This document shows, piece by piece, positions 12,079 through 25,394 of a stretch of 64,000 nt of DNA. The notes beneath the pieces are model-generated. The model searched no databases and was not told where the DNA came from. It worked only from the letters and a program-made list of their open reading frames with translations. The stretch lies in NCBI RefSeq assembly GCF_009914755.1, contig NC_060945.1; one strand, written 5' to 3'. Origin of the DNA: the human T2T-CHM13v2.0 reference genome, Homo sapiens. Position 1 is the first letter of the stretch. Each line of letters begins with the position of its first letter. The position numbers and the translations under genes were made by a program.

Positions 12079-14300
12079 GTGGGTGCCGTCCAGCCTGCTG
12101 GGGGCCGCAGGTGTCCTGGTGCACTGGGTAGCGCCCCTGGGGTTTTGGGACCAGCCTTGACCAACTCATCTATCACTCATGGGTTCATCAGCAGCTGCAG
12201 GTGCCCCTTGGGGGCGGGACACGCAAGGAGTGGGGGGCTACGGGGCTGACCTCAGTGAGGCACCTGTGGTCCTGCCCCCAGTGGGCAGGAGGCGGAGAGG
12301 GTCACTCAGGCTGCCGCCGCCCCAGGCTCAGCCCCGTGGTCAGTGTGGGGAGCTTGGTGAGGCTGCTTACTGGGGTGGGACTGCTGAGCCTGGGGCGGTG
12401 GGAGGTGGTTGGTTGTGAGGGAGTGGCCCCAGCAAGGTCCAGACGGCAGGGCTGTGGGGGTGGCGAGGCCAGGAGCTGGGCCAGTGGGGAGCAGGGCCTT
12501 CCCCTGAGGGCGGTCGGGGCCCAGGGGTGGGTTCTAGGCTGGAAAGATGTGTCGGAACGTGGCTGTAGCCACAGGGTGGACAGGAGGTCCCGGAAGCAGG
12601 AGAGGGTGGGGAGGCTGCTGGGAGGCCGAGACCGCCTCTGGGAGGGATGGGGGGGTGCCTGGTGGGGAGGGGTGTGTCTGGAGTGGGGGTGCCTGGAATG
12701 CCGCCCTCTGGTTCCCTTGGGGTGGAGTTGGGGGCTCTGGCCTAGAACAGGCTGACACTGCCCTGTGGACCCTGAGACCCCTCAACTGGGACAGGTCGGC
12801 CCCTTGGTGGGGTGGGGCTCAATGGTGGACCAGAGGCACGGGCCATTCAGGCTGTCCTTCGCCCACACCCGACCATGCAGGGCAAGGCCAGGGGCCCCCG
12901 TGGCTCTAGCTCTGTCCTCTGTGCGCTGAGGCTGAGGCAGGACCACTGGAACCAGCCCTGGGGGCAGAGGGTGGGTTTGGGACTGACACGGTATCCCTGT
13001 CCCCGTGTGAAGGTGGCAGCGTCACTCCCATCTGTGTGGACACTGGTTCCACCTCCGCGTGGCTGTACAGTGCTGCCGAGGGCAGTGGGAGAGGCCGTGG
13101 GTAATGACCTGGCTTCTAGAACCTTCCCCAGTGGAGCCTAGGGGCCGGGCGGAGATGGAGCCCAACAGGCGAGGCTGGCCCAAGGTGCGGGTCCTATGAG
13201 GGGCTTGCTCTCCTAGGGCAGGGACTTCCCGGGGGTTCCGGCTCCAGTGGTGACCTTGGCCTTAGCTTATGTCTGTGACTCACATTGGGCCCTCCTGGAA
13301 GTGGCCTGGATGCAAGGTCGGCCCACCTGGTTCCTTCCTGCTCTGTGTGAGCAGCTCAGGCCCTCACTGAGAGTCTGTTTCCCCCTGTAACATGCGGGTT
13401 CCCGCCTTGCCCACCACCCAGGGTGCACTGGGGCAGGGAGGGTGGCACAGCTCTCCTGCTGGACCTGCAGCCCATCTTCCGGGTGTCTGACCTCACCTGC
13501 ACTGGCGCCACCTCCTCCAGGTAGCCCTCCACTCCCACCACACCCGGGCCCTGTCTGAGCTGCTCCAACCCTGTCCCTGTAGGAGGCATTGTGGCCCGTG
13601 GTGGGCAAACATGGGGCTTGTGGCTCAGAGCGAGTCCCACAAATGTTGGCTGGGTCATTGAAGTGGACGGCCGAAAAGCTCTTTCAGTTCCCAGAGAGCT
13701 GGGCCGCGGCTGGTGTGTGGTGCTGAGGCAGCAGCCTGAGGCTGGCAGAGGGGATGGTGTGTCCTATGTGCACCAGTGTGGACCCACAGTGGCTTCAGGG
13801 TGCAGGGTGTCCGGGGAGCCCTGGCTGGTGCCAGCGATGCGGGGCCCCTGGTTATAAGGATGAGCAGATGGAAGCTCACAGGGGCCCCAGGTACCTGGCC
13901 CAGGCTAGCCCGGGCAGGCCCCTCTGCCCTGTGCCCCGTGGAGCTGCAGCCCTGTGCGTCTTCCCGCCTGGAAGGCTTCACCAGACACAAGGGCCCAGCC
14001 CCAGCTGTGTGTGTGCTGGGCCCAGCCCCGAGGGCCCCCTTCCTCCCCTGCTGCCCTTCCCAGGCTTTCGGGCAGAGCCCTCTTGTTCACCGCCTCCAGG
14101 AGGGCGGGGCGTCCTAGTGGGCCCAGCCTCATCTCTGCCCTCGCGCTCCAGGCCTGCTTTCCTCCTGCCGGGTGGGGATTGTGCCCTGGCCCATGTGGGT
14201 TGGGAATGGTGGCCCCAGGGAGGGCTCCTGGCACCCGGGGGCTGTGTCCGGGGCAGGTTTCCCTGCCTGGCAGCTGAGCCCTGTCGTGTCTTTGACCCAG

Positions 14301-14899
<599 letters not shown>

Positions 14900-16526
14900 T
14901 AGGGAACTCAGACCTGGGGACCATGGGAGGCCCCCCACCAGCCTGTGCCTCCTGGCTGTTCTGACCCCCACCCTCTGCCAGCCCAACGTGGCAGCAGTCA
15001 GGGCCAGGGGCAGGCCCTGGGAGAGGGGCTGGGTGGGCAGAGGGTGGTGCCCATGGCGCCTGTGGCGTCACAGTCTGGGAGGCTGGTGCTGGGAGGGAGC
15101 ATTCGGGGTCTGGCCTGGCCTCGCCGTCCTTGGTCCTGATCACCGCTGGGTCTCACTTTGTCCTCTGCAAAATGGGAATGAAGTTGGAGCCAAATGGAGT
15201 GGGTCTGGGGCCAGGAAGGCACCATGGTAGGCAAAATGCCTGTGTATGAGGGTGGTCACCCTCTCAGGCAGGGCCAGAGACTGTCAGACAGGTGGGACTT
15301 GTGCTGAGGGAGACCAGGTGACTGCGCCCAGCCCTGTGACTGCACCTGGCCCTGTGACTCGTGTGCTGTGCCGAGCATTCCCAGGGAACCCACACAGCTG
15401 GACGAGGGCCACTCTATAGAGGGGAGGCTTCCTCAGAGAGGGGCCCCGCCGACCTAGCCAGGCAGCTGCTGTCCCCTCTGTGAGGCCTCAGGCTCACTCT
15501 GAAGAGCCTCTTGAGGGGCCGGGGACATCAGGGCAAGCCAGCCGCTGCTGAGCCTGGGGTGATGGAAATGCCGCTGCTGTGACCGGGCCAGCCATGCACT
15601 CCCAGCCTGCAGGCTGCTGGGTTTTCCAGCCAGTGTCTTGGATGCCTGATGCCGGGTGTGAAACAAAGGACAGTTGATCGCCCCTAGCCGCGGCTGTCAC
15701 CCAGAGCGTCAGCATTCTTGTGCTCCCTGAGCCCGTATTCCCACTGGGTGCTGCGAAGGGGCCAGGGGACCCTAGCACGTGCAGTGGTAACCTGCACTTT
15801 TCCAAGGAGCCTCATCCTGCATGGGGGGTGTCTCCGAGGCTGCTCCCTAAACAGCGTCCTGGAGAGACTGCCCAGAATAAGGTGCCGCCTGTGCCTCACT
15901 TGCAAGATGAAAAAACCTGTGTGGAACACGGAGGGCTGTCTGTGGCCCCGGGGGTCCAGCTGCTGGGCTTCTACAGGGCTGGCCACTGGTGGTCATGGGA
16001 CGGCCACGGCAACCGCAGGCCTGGCTTTCTTGTCCACTGTGGCCGGTTCCCGGGGTGGGGCTGGGGCCTGCCTTTGCAGTGTGTCCCTGGGGGGCAGCTC
16101 CTGGATGTGTCCTCTGCCCAGCCCTTTGGCCGGTGCGGACACACACCAGGGAAGTCACGACATGAGGGCCTCCACGGGAGGATCCATCGCAGCGGATGGG
16201 GCCCTGGGGACCTGGCTCCCGCCCTTGCCTTGCGCGCCTAGCGATGGCAGCGAGCGACGGTGGGTGGGTCGCATTGCATGGCACCCTGCAGCCAGCAGTG
16301 CAGGCTGGGCCTTCCAGCAGGGCAGCGAGGACTCTGTGAAATGGTGTCTGGTGTGCCGTCGTGAATGCTGGTCAGACACGTTTCCATCTCTGATGCCACC
16401 TGTTCTGGAAGCTTCCGTCAGCGTGGGGGGCTCTGGAAGCTGGGGTTTGCACATCTACAGAGGATGGGCATGTGGCTTGGGGTAGAGGGACCAAGTGGGT
16501 GTGCCAGCCTGAACCCTTCCCCACAG

Positions 16527-16652
16527 AGCAGCAAGATGGGCATGGAGGCGGTGATGGCGCTGCTGGAAGCCACGCCTGACACGCCGGCCTGCGTGGTCAC
16601 CCTCTCGGGGAACCAGTCAGTGCGGCTGCCCCTCATGGAGTGCGTGCAGATG
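16527..16652 (+). CDS. PFKL: PFKL exon 10 (SSKMGMEAV...LMECVQM)
   Basis: cacAG / GTAAGC, 126 nt. Confidence 0.96.
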
Positions 16653-17407
16653 GTAAGCCCTGGGCCCCCCCCATCAGAACCGCCTGGCCCCTCTCCCCAG
16701 TCCCCACTCACAGGCCCCACTGCTCTCTGGGGGCCCCAGCACTGTGAGCACCGGAGGGCAGGGCCTCGTGGCTGGCCCAGGGCATCCCAGGTCTCCAGGG
16801 AGGGGAGGGATGTGAGCACATCCCTGGGTGGGACGTGGGACCTGGGACGTTCCCCAGGAGGTGTGTCGGAGCTGCAGGGAGCCTGGTGAGCATGGGAAGT
16901 CACAGGGGTCCACGGCCACTGAGCTTCTGTAGGCAGTGGTGGGAGTTGGGGTTACGATGGGACGGAGGAGGAGGGGCCAGTGATCAGAGCAGAGCCCTGG
17001 GAGGAGCTCAGGCAGGTGATGGGGAACACTGGGGTGGCTGGAGCAGGGACCCCAGGAGAGGAGGTACGGGGAAGGCAGAGGCGAGGGGGCCGGGTGTGGG
17101 GGCTGGTCCAGCCCTGGCTCGGTGGGTTTGGAGGCCTGCAACTGGGGCAGAGTGCCCTGCCTGGAGCTGGAGCTGCTGAGAGGTGAGGAGGGCAGCTGGG
17201 GGCAGGGTAGGGCCTCCTGGTCTCAGCCAGCCCCAGAAGAGCTGGCCTTGGTGGTGACCGCTGTTCCTAGGGAGAGGCTGCCAGGCCTGGGCCAGGGTCA
17301 GGAGATGCCGGCCAGATCTGCCCTCGTCAGGCCCACCAGACAGGGCAGTAGCCATGGGTGTGCGGGCCAGGCTCTCCATAGTCTGTGTTCTGTTTCTCTT
17401 CCTTAAG

Positions 17408-17472
17408 ACCAAGGAAGTGCAGAAAGCCATGGATGACAAGAGGTTTGACGAGGCCACCCAGCTCCGTGGTGG
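17408..17472 (+). CDS. PFKL: PFKL exon 11 (TKEVQKAMDDKRFDEATQLRG)
   Basis: cttaAG / GTAAGC, 65 nt. Confidence 0.95.
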
Positions 17473-18140
17473 GTAAGCCCCCTCAGCAGACCCCTGCACT
17501 CTTACATGGCTGGGTCCCGGTGCCAGGCAGCATGTGCTGCAGTGGCGCTATGCACGCCTGGCCTGGGTCATCCTTCTAGGCACCGCGTCTGAAGATCGAG
17601 GGAGGAAGGGGCCTGCGGGTGGTACAGGAGGCGGGCTGGGAGGTGTGGTACCACAGGAGACCCTGGGCGGTGGCACGGGCAGGGCCCAGTGCACAGGGAT
17701 CTGGGCATGGCGAGGGGATGAGAAGCTGTGGATACAAGCCCAGGACATGGGGTGGCCCCGCGGGGGCTGGGAAGGCTGGCAGATGTTGGGTGTGGGTACC
17801 ACCCCCCTGCAGGCGTCCTGGCGGCCGGGTCAGGCTGGATTGGACGTCTGGGTTCCCATGCGTGCCTCCACCCGCTACCAAGGTGGCCAACCCTCCCTTG
17901 AGCTGGATGCCGGCCACGTGCTTTGCTGCACGGGCTGGCGTGGCCTCGTGTTGTGTTGGGGGTCTCGCACCTTCTGTGGAAGGTGCCCTGCCTGGCATGC
18001 GCGGTGTCTGCTGCCTCATGGCTGAGCTTCCATCGGGCCGTGTGCCTGTGACCAGCCTCCTGGGCTCTGTCACGGCTGCGCTGTGGCTGTACGCCGTGGC
18101 GCTGCAGGGCTGTGCATGGTGTGACCCGAATCCCTTCCAG

Positions 18141-18204
18141 GAGCTTCGAGAACAACTGGAACATTTACAAGCTCCTCGCCCACCAGAAGCCCCCCAAGGA
18201 GAAG
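18141..18204 (+). CDS. PFKL: PFKL exon 12 (SFENNWNIYKLLAHQKPPKEK)
   Basis: tccAG / GTGAGG, 64 nt. Confidence 0.96.
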
Positions 18205-18506
18205 GTGAGGCAGGGAGCGGCGCCCACAGAGGGAGGAACGGGCTCAGTTATTCTGCAGCCTCTTCACGCTGGCCCCGTGGCTGGGCCTGCCTGCCCCCAC
18301 CTTCCCTCCTGCTGGGGTCCGAGCTGTGAGCTGGGAGGGTGGGCCTGACCTCTGCCTGGGCTCAGGCACCACTGTGGCTGGCAGGTCCCGGGTGCTGGGA
18401 CCCTGGCTGCAGGGCTGGCTGTTGCTTCTCAGTGGTGGATGGAAATGAAGTCAGGCCACAGGCTTAACTCAGGAGAGGAGAAGCCATTGTGTAGAAAATG
18501 TCCCCC

Positions 18507-18813
<307 letters not shown>

Positions 18814-19785
18814 TCAGGAAATGGGATCTCTCCAAAATAAGGATGAAATGGCTTGTTTCTAAAGTCCTGGGGGACGAGGGTCCTGTAGAGAGAGTCACGG
18901 CCAGTGAGGTCCTGGCTCCCAAGCCCCTTGAGCCACAGCCGGAGCTGCAGGCCGGGGCAGACAGCGTGGCCCAGCCTGAGTCTGGTCCTCCCTTCCGTGG
19001 ACATCTTTGGGTGTCCCTGCTGCTCCAGCCTCCTGCTTATCCCCAGAGCTAGTCAGCGGGCTCTACCCTCCGTGGTGGGGCAACCTGGTCTCCACGAACC
19101 CAGAACCTGGCAGGGGCGTGACTGGCTTTGTGGGCAGCAGGGCTGGCTCGTACCAGGACCCAGTGGGGCCATGTGGCTATGGAGCCCTTGGGTGTGGCTG
19201 CTGCCAAGTGGGATGTGCTGCACGTGACAGGTGCACGCCAGGTTCAGAGCCTCAGCACGGTGGGTGGAGGGGAGGTGGTGGCGGCCGTCACTGGATTCAC
19301 ATGGATGTGGTGGGGTTTTGGGTCCATCAGGTTAAATTAACTGTAGTCCTGATGGGACTGTCTCCATGTCTTTTCCCTTCCCTTAACGTGGCTACTAGAA
19401 AACAGGATAGCCAGGGCCCCTTCCTTACTCGTGGCTGTGCACCCCCCACCCTCCCGCCCGCTGCCAGCCCCTTGTGTGGGCACTGACCTGTGTTCCCGCC
19501 CGCAAGCCTGGCTTCACAACAGTGCTCGCCCCCTCTGCCTCCTCTGTTGCCTGCGTGCCAGGGGGCCAGGCTTGCACCGTGTCTCTTTTGGTCTTCACCA
19601 GAATCTTCTGGAATTAGAACAGATACCGTATTCCCAGGGCAGTTGGGCGGTGTGCTGGGCAGCGTCCAGGCTGCTGGCAGGGCCTGGCCCCTTTTTCCAG
19701 AACCTGCCGGCCTGCTGACCTCCTGTGCAGGTTGGGGGTCCCCTCCCCGGCTGTGCCTCACGCTCATCTCCCCTTCTCTCTGAAG

Positions 19786-19932
19786 TCTAACTTCTCCCTG
19801 GCCATCCTGAATGTGGGGGCCCCGGCGGCTGGCATGAATGCGGCCGTGCGCTCGGCGGTGCGGACCGGCATCTCCCATGGACACACAGTATACGTGGTGC
19901 ACGATGGCTTCGAAGGCCTAGCCAAGGGTCAG
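19786..19932 (+). CDS. PFKL: PFKL exon 13 ([23 protein letters not shown]...GLAKGQ), start of regulatory half
   Basis: tgaAG / GTGGGT, 147 nt. Confidence 0.96.
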
Positions 19933-20189
19933 GTGGGTCCGGCCGGGGCAAACAAGTGAGGACTTGGGCCTTCTGTGTGCACACTTGGGGCATTTCCTGT
20001 GGAAGGCCGGCTGCTGGAGGTGGAGGCCGAGACCTGGGTCCGCGTGTCGGTGCCCACCCGGGCCTGGGTACTCAGCTCTGCCTGCAGCGTGATGCCCAAC
20101 ACTGGCTGGCCCCCGGGCACAGGCCCACCCCTGGGGGGAATTGGCCAGAGGCTCAGGCTGGCCCCTGAAGCTGCATCTCCTCCTGGCAG

Positions 20190-20260
20190 GTGCAAGAAGT
20201 AGGCTGGCACGACGTGGCCGGCTGGTTGGGGCGTGGTGGCTCCATGCTGGGGACCAAGAG
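20190..20260 (+). CDS. PFKL: PFKL exon 14 ([23 protein letters not shown])
   Basis: ggcAG / GTGAGC, 71 nt. Confidence 0.96.
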
Positions 20261-21018
20261 GTGAGCTGCCTGCTGCGGGTACCTGGGGACAGGAGGGCCA
20301 GGGCGCAGTATCCAGGCCCTGCAGGTGGGGGCGGCAAGGGGAACCCAGCCCGGGGCCCTGGGCTCGGCCCCTCTTCCTGCTGGTGGTCTGCCCAGAGCAG
20401 GCTTCACGCCTCCTGCCTGGGGCTTCCTGGCCTGAGCTCCGCTGTGTAGGGCAGGCTGCTCTGGCGGCCCCATGCCCATGGTGGGCTCTCCGTGGCAAGG
20501 AAGCTGGCGAGCGTCTGTCCCTGCCTGGCCAGGCCAGGCAGCCTGCACTGTCAGCACTCTGGCTGAGGCTATGGGCCTGTCTGATGGCTTTTGTCCCAGG
20601 GCCTGAGACCCTTCTGTGGGCATGGGGTGGGCACAGTCCCCCTGTGTGACTACAGGGGAAGTTGCTGAGTCCTGAGCCACTGAGTGGCTGCAAGGGCCAG
20701 AGGAAGCATCCGCTCCTGCCGCTGAGTGTTGGGCGAGAAAGCCTCGGGCAGGAACGGGTTCCCACGGGGAGCCCAGCGGGGTGGGGGGTTCACTCGGTTG
20801 CCTGGCCGGTGCCTGGTGATGCTGAGTGGTGCCCAGGCGGCTCACGCTGGGCCTGTGTGTCCCTCTCCGTGTGGAGCCACAGCGCCACATCCCGGGCATT
20901 GCAGCGACTGCTGACTGGCTCGGGGAACGGCCAAGGCAATGCCTTTCTGTGATCAGATGCAATCTGGACACGCGTCCCCGGGTGCTGCGTGTTCATGCGG
21001 ATGTGTCTTTGACTGCAG

Positions 21019-21106
21019 GACCCTGCCCAAGGGCCAGCTGGAGTCCATTGTGGAGAACATCCGCATCTATGGTATTCACGCCCTGCTGGTGGTCGGTGGG
21101 TTTGAG
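21019..21106 (+). CDS. PFKL: PFKL exon 15 (TLPKGQLESIVENIRIYGIHALLVVGGFE)
   Basis: tgcAG / GTGAGA, 88 nt. Confidence 0.96.
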
Positions 21107-21188
21107 GTGAGAGCTGCCCACGGACGAAAAAGCCCCAGGGCACAGGAGACCCAAGGTGTCCTCCCGCCGAGGGGGCCCATCCTGAAAA

Positions 21189-21338
21189 CCCGTGTGCTGG
21201 CTGGGCCGATGCAGGGGCCGAGAGGGTCGGGGTTTTAAGTGCTGTGTGTGGGCTCGGGAGGGCACCCGTGTGCCAGCTGGGCTGATGCAGGGGCCGAGAG
21301 GGTTGGGGTTTTAAGTGCTGTGTGTGGGCTCGGGAGGG
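21189..21338. repeat. ~76-bp tandem duplication x2
   Basis: GATGCAGGGGCCGAGAGGGT..GGGGTTTTAAGTGCTGTGTGTGGGCTCGGGAGGG twice. Confidence 0.85.
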
Positions 21339-21822
21339 TTCTTTACTTTCTCCGGAAAGCTTCACAAGGTTCCGATTAACCCCAGTGCTGGGGAGGGGCA
21401 GGGGAGGAAGGGGACTCGGAAGCTGGAGGACGAGAAAGAAGGGAGGCGGAGGAGGCAGAGGTGTAGGTGCTGGACGGCATCGCTGAACGTGGTGTCCTGG
21501 CACTGGGCAAGCTGTCACTAAATAATGAATAAATGACAGCCCTTCCCCCTTGCCCTCCATGGAGTGGATCTGGGGTCAGAGTGGGTTGGAGGAGACTCCT
21601 GACCCTCCTTAGAGTCCAGTTTCCCTGGTAGGCATCCTGAGATGACACCAGGCTGACTGCCTGGCCCAGCCCCAGGGGATTGAGCAGGTGGGTCCTGGCG
21701 TCCAGCACGGGGCACATGACAGGTCAGCAGGGAGCAGGGCTGGGCGGCCGCCGGCAGAGCCTGTCCCTGGCCCACCCTGGCCTCGGTGCTGCCCTTGACC
21801 TGCCCCGTCCCTACTGCTGCAG

Positions 21823-21975
21823 GCCTATGAAGGGGTGCTGCAGCTGGTGGAGGCTCGCGGGCGCTACGAGGAGCTCTGCATCGTCATGTGTGTCATCCCA
21901 GCCACCATCAGCAACAACGTCCCTGGCACCGACTTCAGCCTGGGCTCCGACACTGCTGTAAATGCCGCCATGGAG
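21823..21975 (+). CDS. PFKL: PFKL exon 16 ([13 protein letters not shown]...[12 protein letters not shown]...NAAME)
   Basis: tgcAG / GTACGG, 153 nt. Confidence 0.96.
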
Positions 21976-22547
21976 GTACGGGGCTCCTGGACACCGGCCT
22001 GCCATGCCCAGGCCCTTGTGGGGTGGGGCTGAGCCTACGGAGGCTGCTGGAGGGGATAGTGTGTGGTGAGCACCTGGGAGGGCTGCCAGGGTTGGGGTTT
22101 GTGGGGCACAGGCCCGGGTGAAGGGGCTCAGCTCCCTGCCATAGCCACTTCCAGGTCCAGGGGGGCCCTGCGTTGTTCCTCGCTACTGTGATGAGCTCAG
22201 ATGGGGAGACTGAGGCGGGAATGTCCCTGCGCCCCAGTGCTGGGTAGTCTAAGAGCAGCGCCTGGCCTCTGTCCAAGGGTGCCGGGGACACCCCTGCCCA
22301 CTCACAGCCAGTGTGTGTGCAGGCTGCTGTCCACTGTGCCCTGGGGGGTGGGGTCGCCTGGTTGAGAACCCCTGGTCCTGTGGGGCCCAGGTGGGAGGTG
22401 GGCCCAAGCCTGGTGCTGCTGGCTGTCTGGGTGCGTCAGCCCCAGGCTGGCTTTGGAGACACAGGGCTCCCTGCAGGGTAGCCATGCCGACGGCCTACAG
22501 GGAAGGGTGGGCACGTGGAGGACCCCCGACCCCCCCTTGTCCCCCAG

Positions 22548-22712
22548 AGCTGTGACCGCATCAAACAGTCTGCCTCGGGGACCAAGCGCCGTGTGTTCAT
22601 CGTGGAGACCATGGGGGGTTACTGTGGCTACCTGGCCACCGTGACTGGCATTGCTGTGGGGGCCGACGCCGCCTACGTCTTCGAGGACCCTTTCAACATC
22701 CACGACTTAAAG
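22548..22712 (+). CDS. PFKL: PFKL exon 17 ([24 protein letters not shown]...IHDLK)
   Basis: cccAG / GTGAGC, 165 nt. Confidence 0.97.
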
Positions 22713-22912
22713 GTGAGCCCAGCCCAGCCCCTGCTGCGGCAGACCTGCCGGCATGCCAGCCTGGGCCCCAGACACTCAGGCCGGCCAGCGCAGGGCAGGG
22801 CCCGGGCAGGTGGGACGCGTAGCCCAGTGCTCCTGCTGGCCCCGGATCGCCGGTCAGCCTGGAATTCCCTCCCCACAGTCCTCCGGCTCATCCGTGTCCG
22901 CCCCTCCCGCAG

Positions 22913-22974
22913 GTCAACGTGGAGCACATGACGGAGAAGATGAAGACAGACATTCAGAGGGGCCTGGTGCTGCG
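22913..22974 (+). CDS. PFKL: PFKL exon 18 ([20 protein letters not shown])
   Basis: cgcAG / GTGAGG, 62 nt. Confidence 0.96.
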
Positions 22975-23209
22975 GTGAGGCTGCCGTGGGTCCCTGGCCA
23001 CAGCTGCGCGTCCAACTCTCGGGGCTGGGGTGGGGCTGCTGAGGAGCGGCTGGGCAGGAGAAGGCAGGAGGGGTCCTTGGAGAGGGTGGGCCAGGGCGGC
23101 TTTCCTGGGAGCTGCCACTCCCTCTCCCAGGCCTGGCCCAGCGGGGACTCAGGATCGGGGGGAGACCTGAACTCGTTCCCGCCGACTCAGGCCCTGCTGC
23201 CCCTCTCAG

Positions 23210-23321
23210 GAACGAGAAGTGCCATGACTACTACACCACGGAGTTCCTGTACAACCTGTACTCATCAGAGGGCAAGGGCGTCTTCGACTGCAGGACCAAT
23301 GTCCTGGGCCACCTGCAGCAG
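23210..23321 (+). CDS. PFKL: PFKL exon 19 ([14 protein letters not shown]...NVLGHLQQ)
   Basis: ctcAG / GTGTGG, 112 nt. Confidence 0.96.
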
Positions 23322-24017
23322 GTGTGGGGCAGGGGTGAGGCTCTGAGAGGCCTGCCCCTCTTTCCTGCCACCATCTGTCCCCGGCCCCAGGGGTCCCAGC
23401 CCTCACGGGCACCCACGGGCACTCCCGGCAGGCCCTCGGGCACGTGTGCCCTTCCCCAGTGAGGGGACCGAGGCCTGTATCTAGGTGAGGTCTCATTTCA
23501 AGAAGGGGTGGGGCTGGGGCTGGAGCCGGGGCCCGAGCCAGGGCATTCACATGCTGAGCCGAGCTCCCCACCCCTGCCAGGCCTCCCGCGGCCACTTCCG
23601 CCGAACCCCTCACCTAGATCCCCGCATGCTCCCTGCCTTATGGTGGCCCTGCAGGAAGCCCGCGTCCTGGGGTTTTCTGAGCCAGGGAGGGGAGTCAGGG
23701 TGGCTGGGCATGGGGCCCGAGGTGATGGGGCCCGAGGTGGGGCCGCTGGCTGCCGATGCAGGGCCCAGGAGTCACTTGACTTGGCCAGGGGCAGCCGACT
23801 GCCGGCCTCGGGAGGCAGCTTCTGGCCTGGACTTGGAGCTGGAGAGAGCAGGCAGGGTCCTCGATCGGGAACAGACGGGAACGGTGCACGGGTTGGAAGG
23901 AATGGGTGTTCACAAGCTGCCTGGGAGGCTCCCCGTGGGGATCCTGTCTGCACTGGCGTTGGCCTTGGCCCAGGCAGCCCAGGGGAGTCCAGGGAACCGG
24001 GCCTCACCTGTTTCCAG

Positions 24018-24117
24018 GGTGGCGCTCCAACCCCCTTTGACCGGAACTATGGGACCAAGCTGGGGGTGAAGGCCATGCTGTGGTTGTCGGAGAAGCTGCG
24101 CGAGGTTTACCGCAAGG
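24018..24117 (+). CDS. PFKL: PFKL exon 20 (GGAPTPFDRNYGTKLGVKAMLWLSEKLREVYRK)
   Basis: tccAG / GTAGGT, 100 nt. Confidence 0.96.
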
Positions 24118-24215
24118 GTAGGTGGTGGGTGCGACCCGAGGCCTCACTTTGCCCTCCCCTGGCTCCCTGGGGCAGGGCCTCACCATGGAGGGCTGCCACG
24201 TGCCTCTGTTTGCAG

Positions 24216-24321
24216 GACGGGTGTTCGCCAATGCCCCAGACTCGGCCTGCGTGATCGGCCTGAAGAAGAAGGCGGTGGCCTTCAGCCCCGTCACTGAGCT
24301 CAAGAAAGACACTGATTTCGA
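24216..24321 (+). CDS. PFKL: PFKL exon 21 ([34 protein letters not shown])
   Basis: tgcAG / GTGAGT, 106 nt. Confidence 0.96.
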
Positions 24322-24771
24322 GTGAGTTCCACCAAAGCCTCGTGGAGGCGGGTGGGGCTGAGGGGTGGCCCAGACCTTCCCTGAGGCCGGTGTGCCAGAC
24401 CCAGCCCCACTGGCACCCTGACCCCGCAAGGCCTCCTGGGCCCCCATGCCCAGGTCCCCGCCAGGCCGTGGAGAGCAGGGACCATGCCCAAGTCTTCTGA
24501 GCACAACACTGGGCAATCCTTTCGGGTGGGCATGGGGGCACAGCGGGTAGCCAGGAGTGGGCACGCTTGAGGGCGGCTGAGGCTGACTCTGTGCTGTGCC
24601 TCCGAGGGATGGGGACCCCAGACCTGTCCCAGCTCCACGGATACCGAGATGTTCAGACAGAGGGGCATGCACAGGCTGCAGGGTCGGGGGGGGTGGGGGG
24701 GCTGGGGACGTGGCTGAAGAGCTGCCCTGACCCCTGACTCCCCATCATCCTCCCATCCCCGTCCTGCACAG

Positions 24772-24919
24772 GCACCGCATGCCACGGGAGCAGTGGTGGC
24801 TGAGCCTGCGGCTCATGCTGAAGATGCTGGCACAATACCGCATCAGTATGGCCGCCTACGTGTCAGGGGAGCTGGAGCACGTGACCCGCCGCACCCTGAG
24901 CATGGACAAGGGCTTCTGA
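24772..24919 (+). CDS. PFKL: PFKL exon 22 coding part (HRMPREQWWLSLR...LSMDKGF*)
   Basis: cacAG acceptor; TGA at 24917-24919. Confidence 0.97.
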
Positions 24920-25388
24920 GGCCAGCCATGCCCACGCCCCTCCCCAGCCCCCACCCATGCCAGCGCAGCGCCAGGGCTCAGATGGGGCCTGGGCTGTTGT
25001 GTCTGGAGCCTGCAGGCAGGTGGGGGCTGCGTCCCTGCTCAGCCCATCCCCTGCCTCTATCCCTGGCCACCTGCCAGGCCTCCCTCCGGCTGGTGTCTTG
25101 AGACCAGCCTGCCAGGCCCTCCAGCAGGAGGACAGAGTGCCCTGGGGCATCCACCTTCCTGCCCAGGGGACGTGGCGCTGTCGGTGTTTGGAGGCTGCTG
25201 CCCCCTGGCTTTGGCGCCCCATGGGCCCTCAGCGTCTCCCCATGCTGGGCTCACTACATGGGCCAGCCCTTGCTCTACCTGGCCGGTAGGCTGCTGGCGC
25301 CTAGGTTGTGTTGAGAGGGGGATGCCCCTGGCCCTGCCTCACTGTGACCTGCTCCTGCCCACGTGCAGCACCTGTCACCTTTTCTAGA

Positions 25389-25394
25389 AATAAA
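25389..25394 (+). terminator. PFKL: PFKL polyadenylation signal AATAAA
   Basis: AATAAA ~470 nt after the stop, followed by GT-rich sequence. Confidence 0.85.
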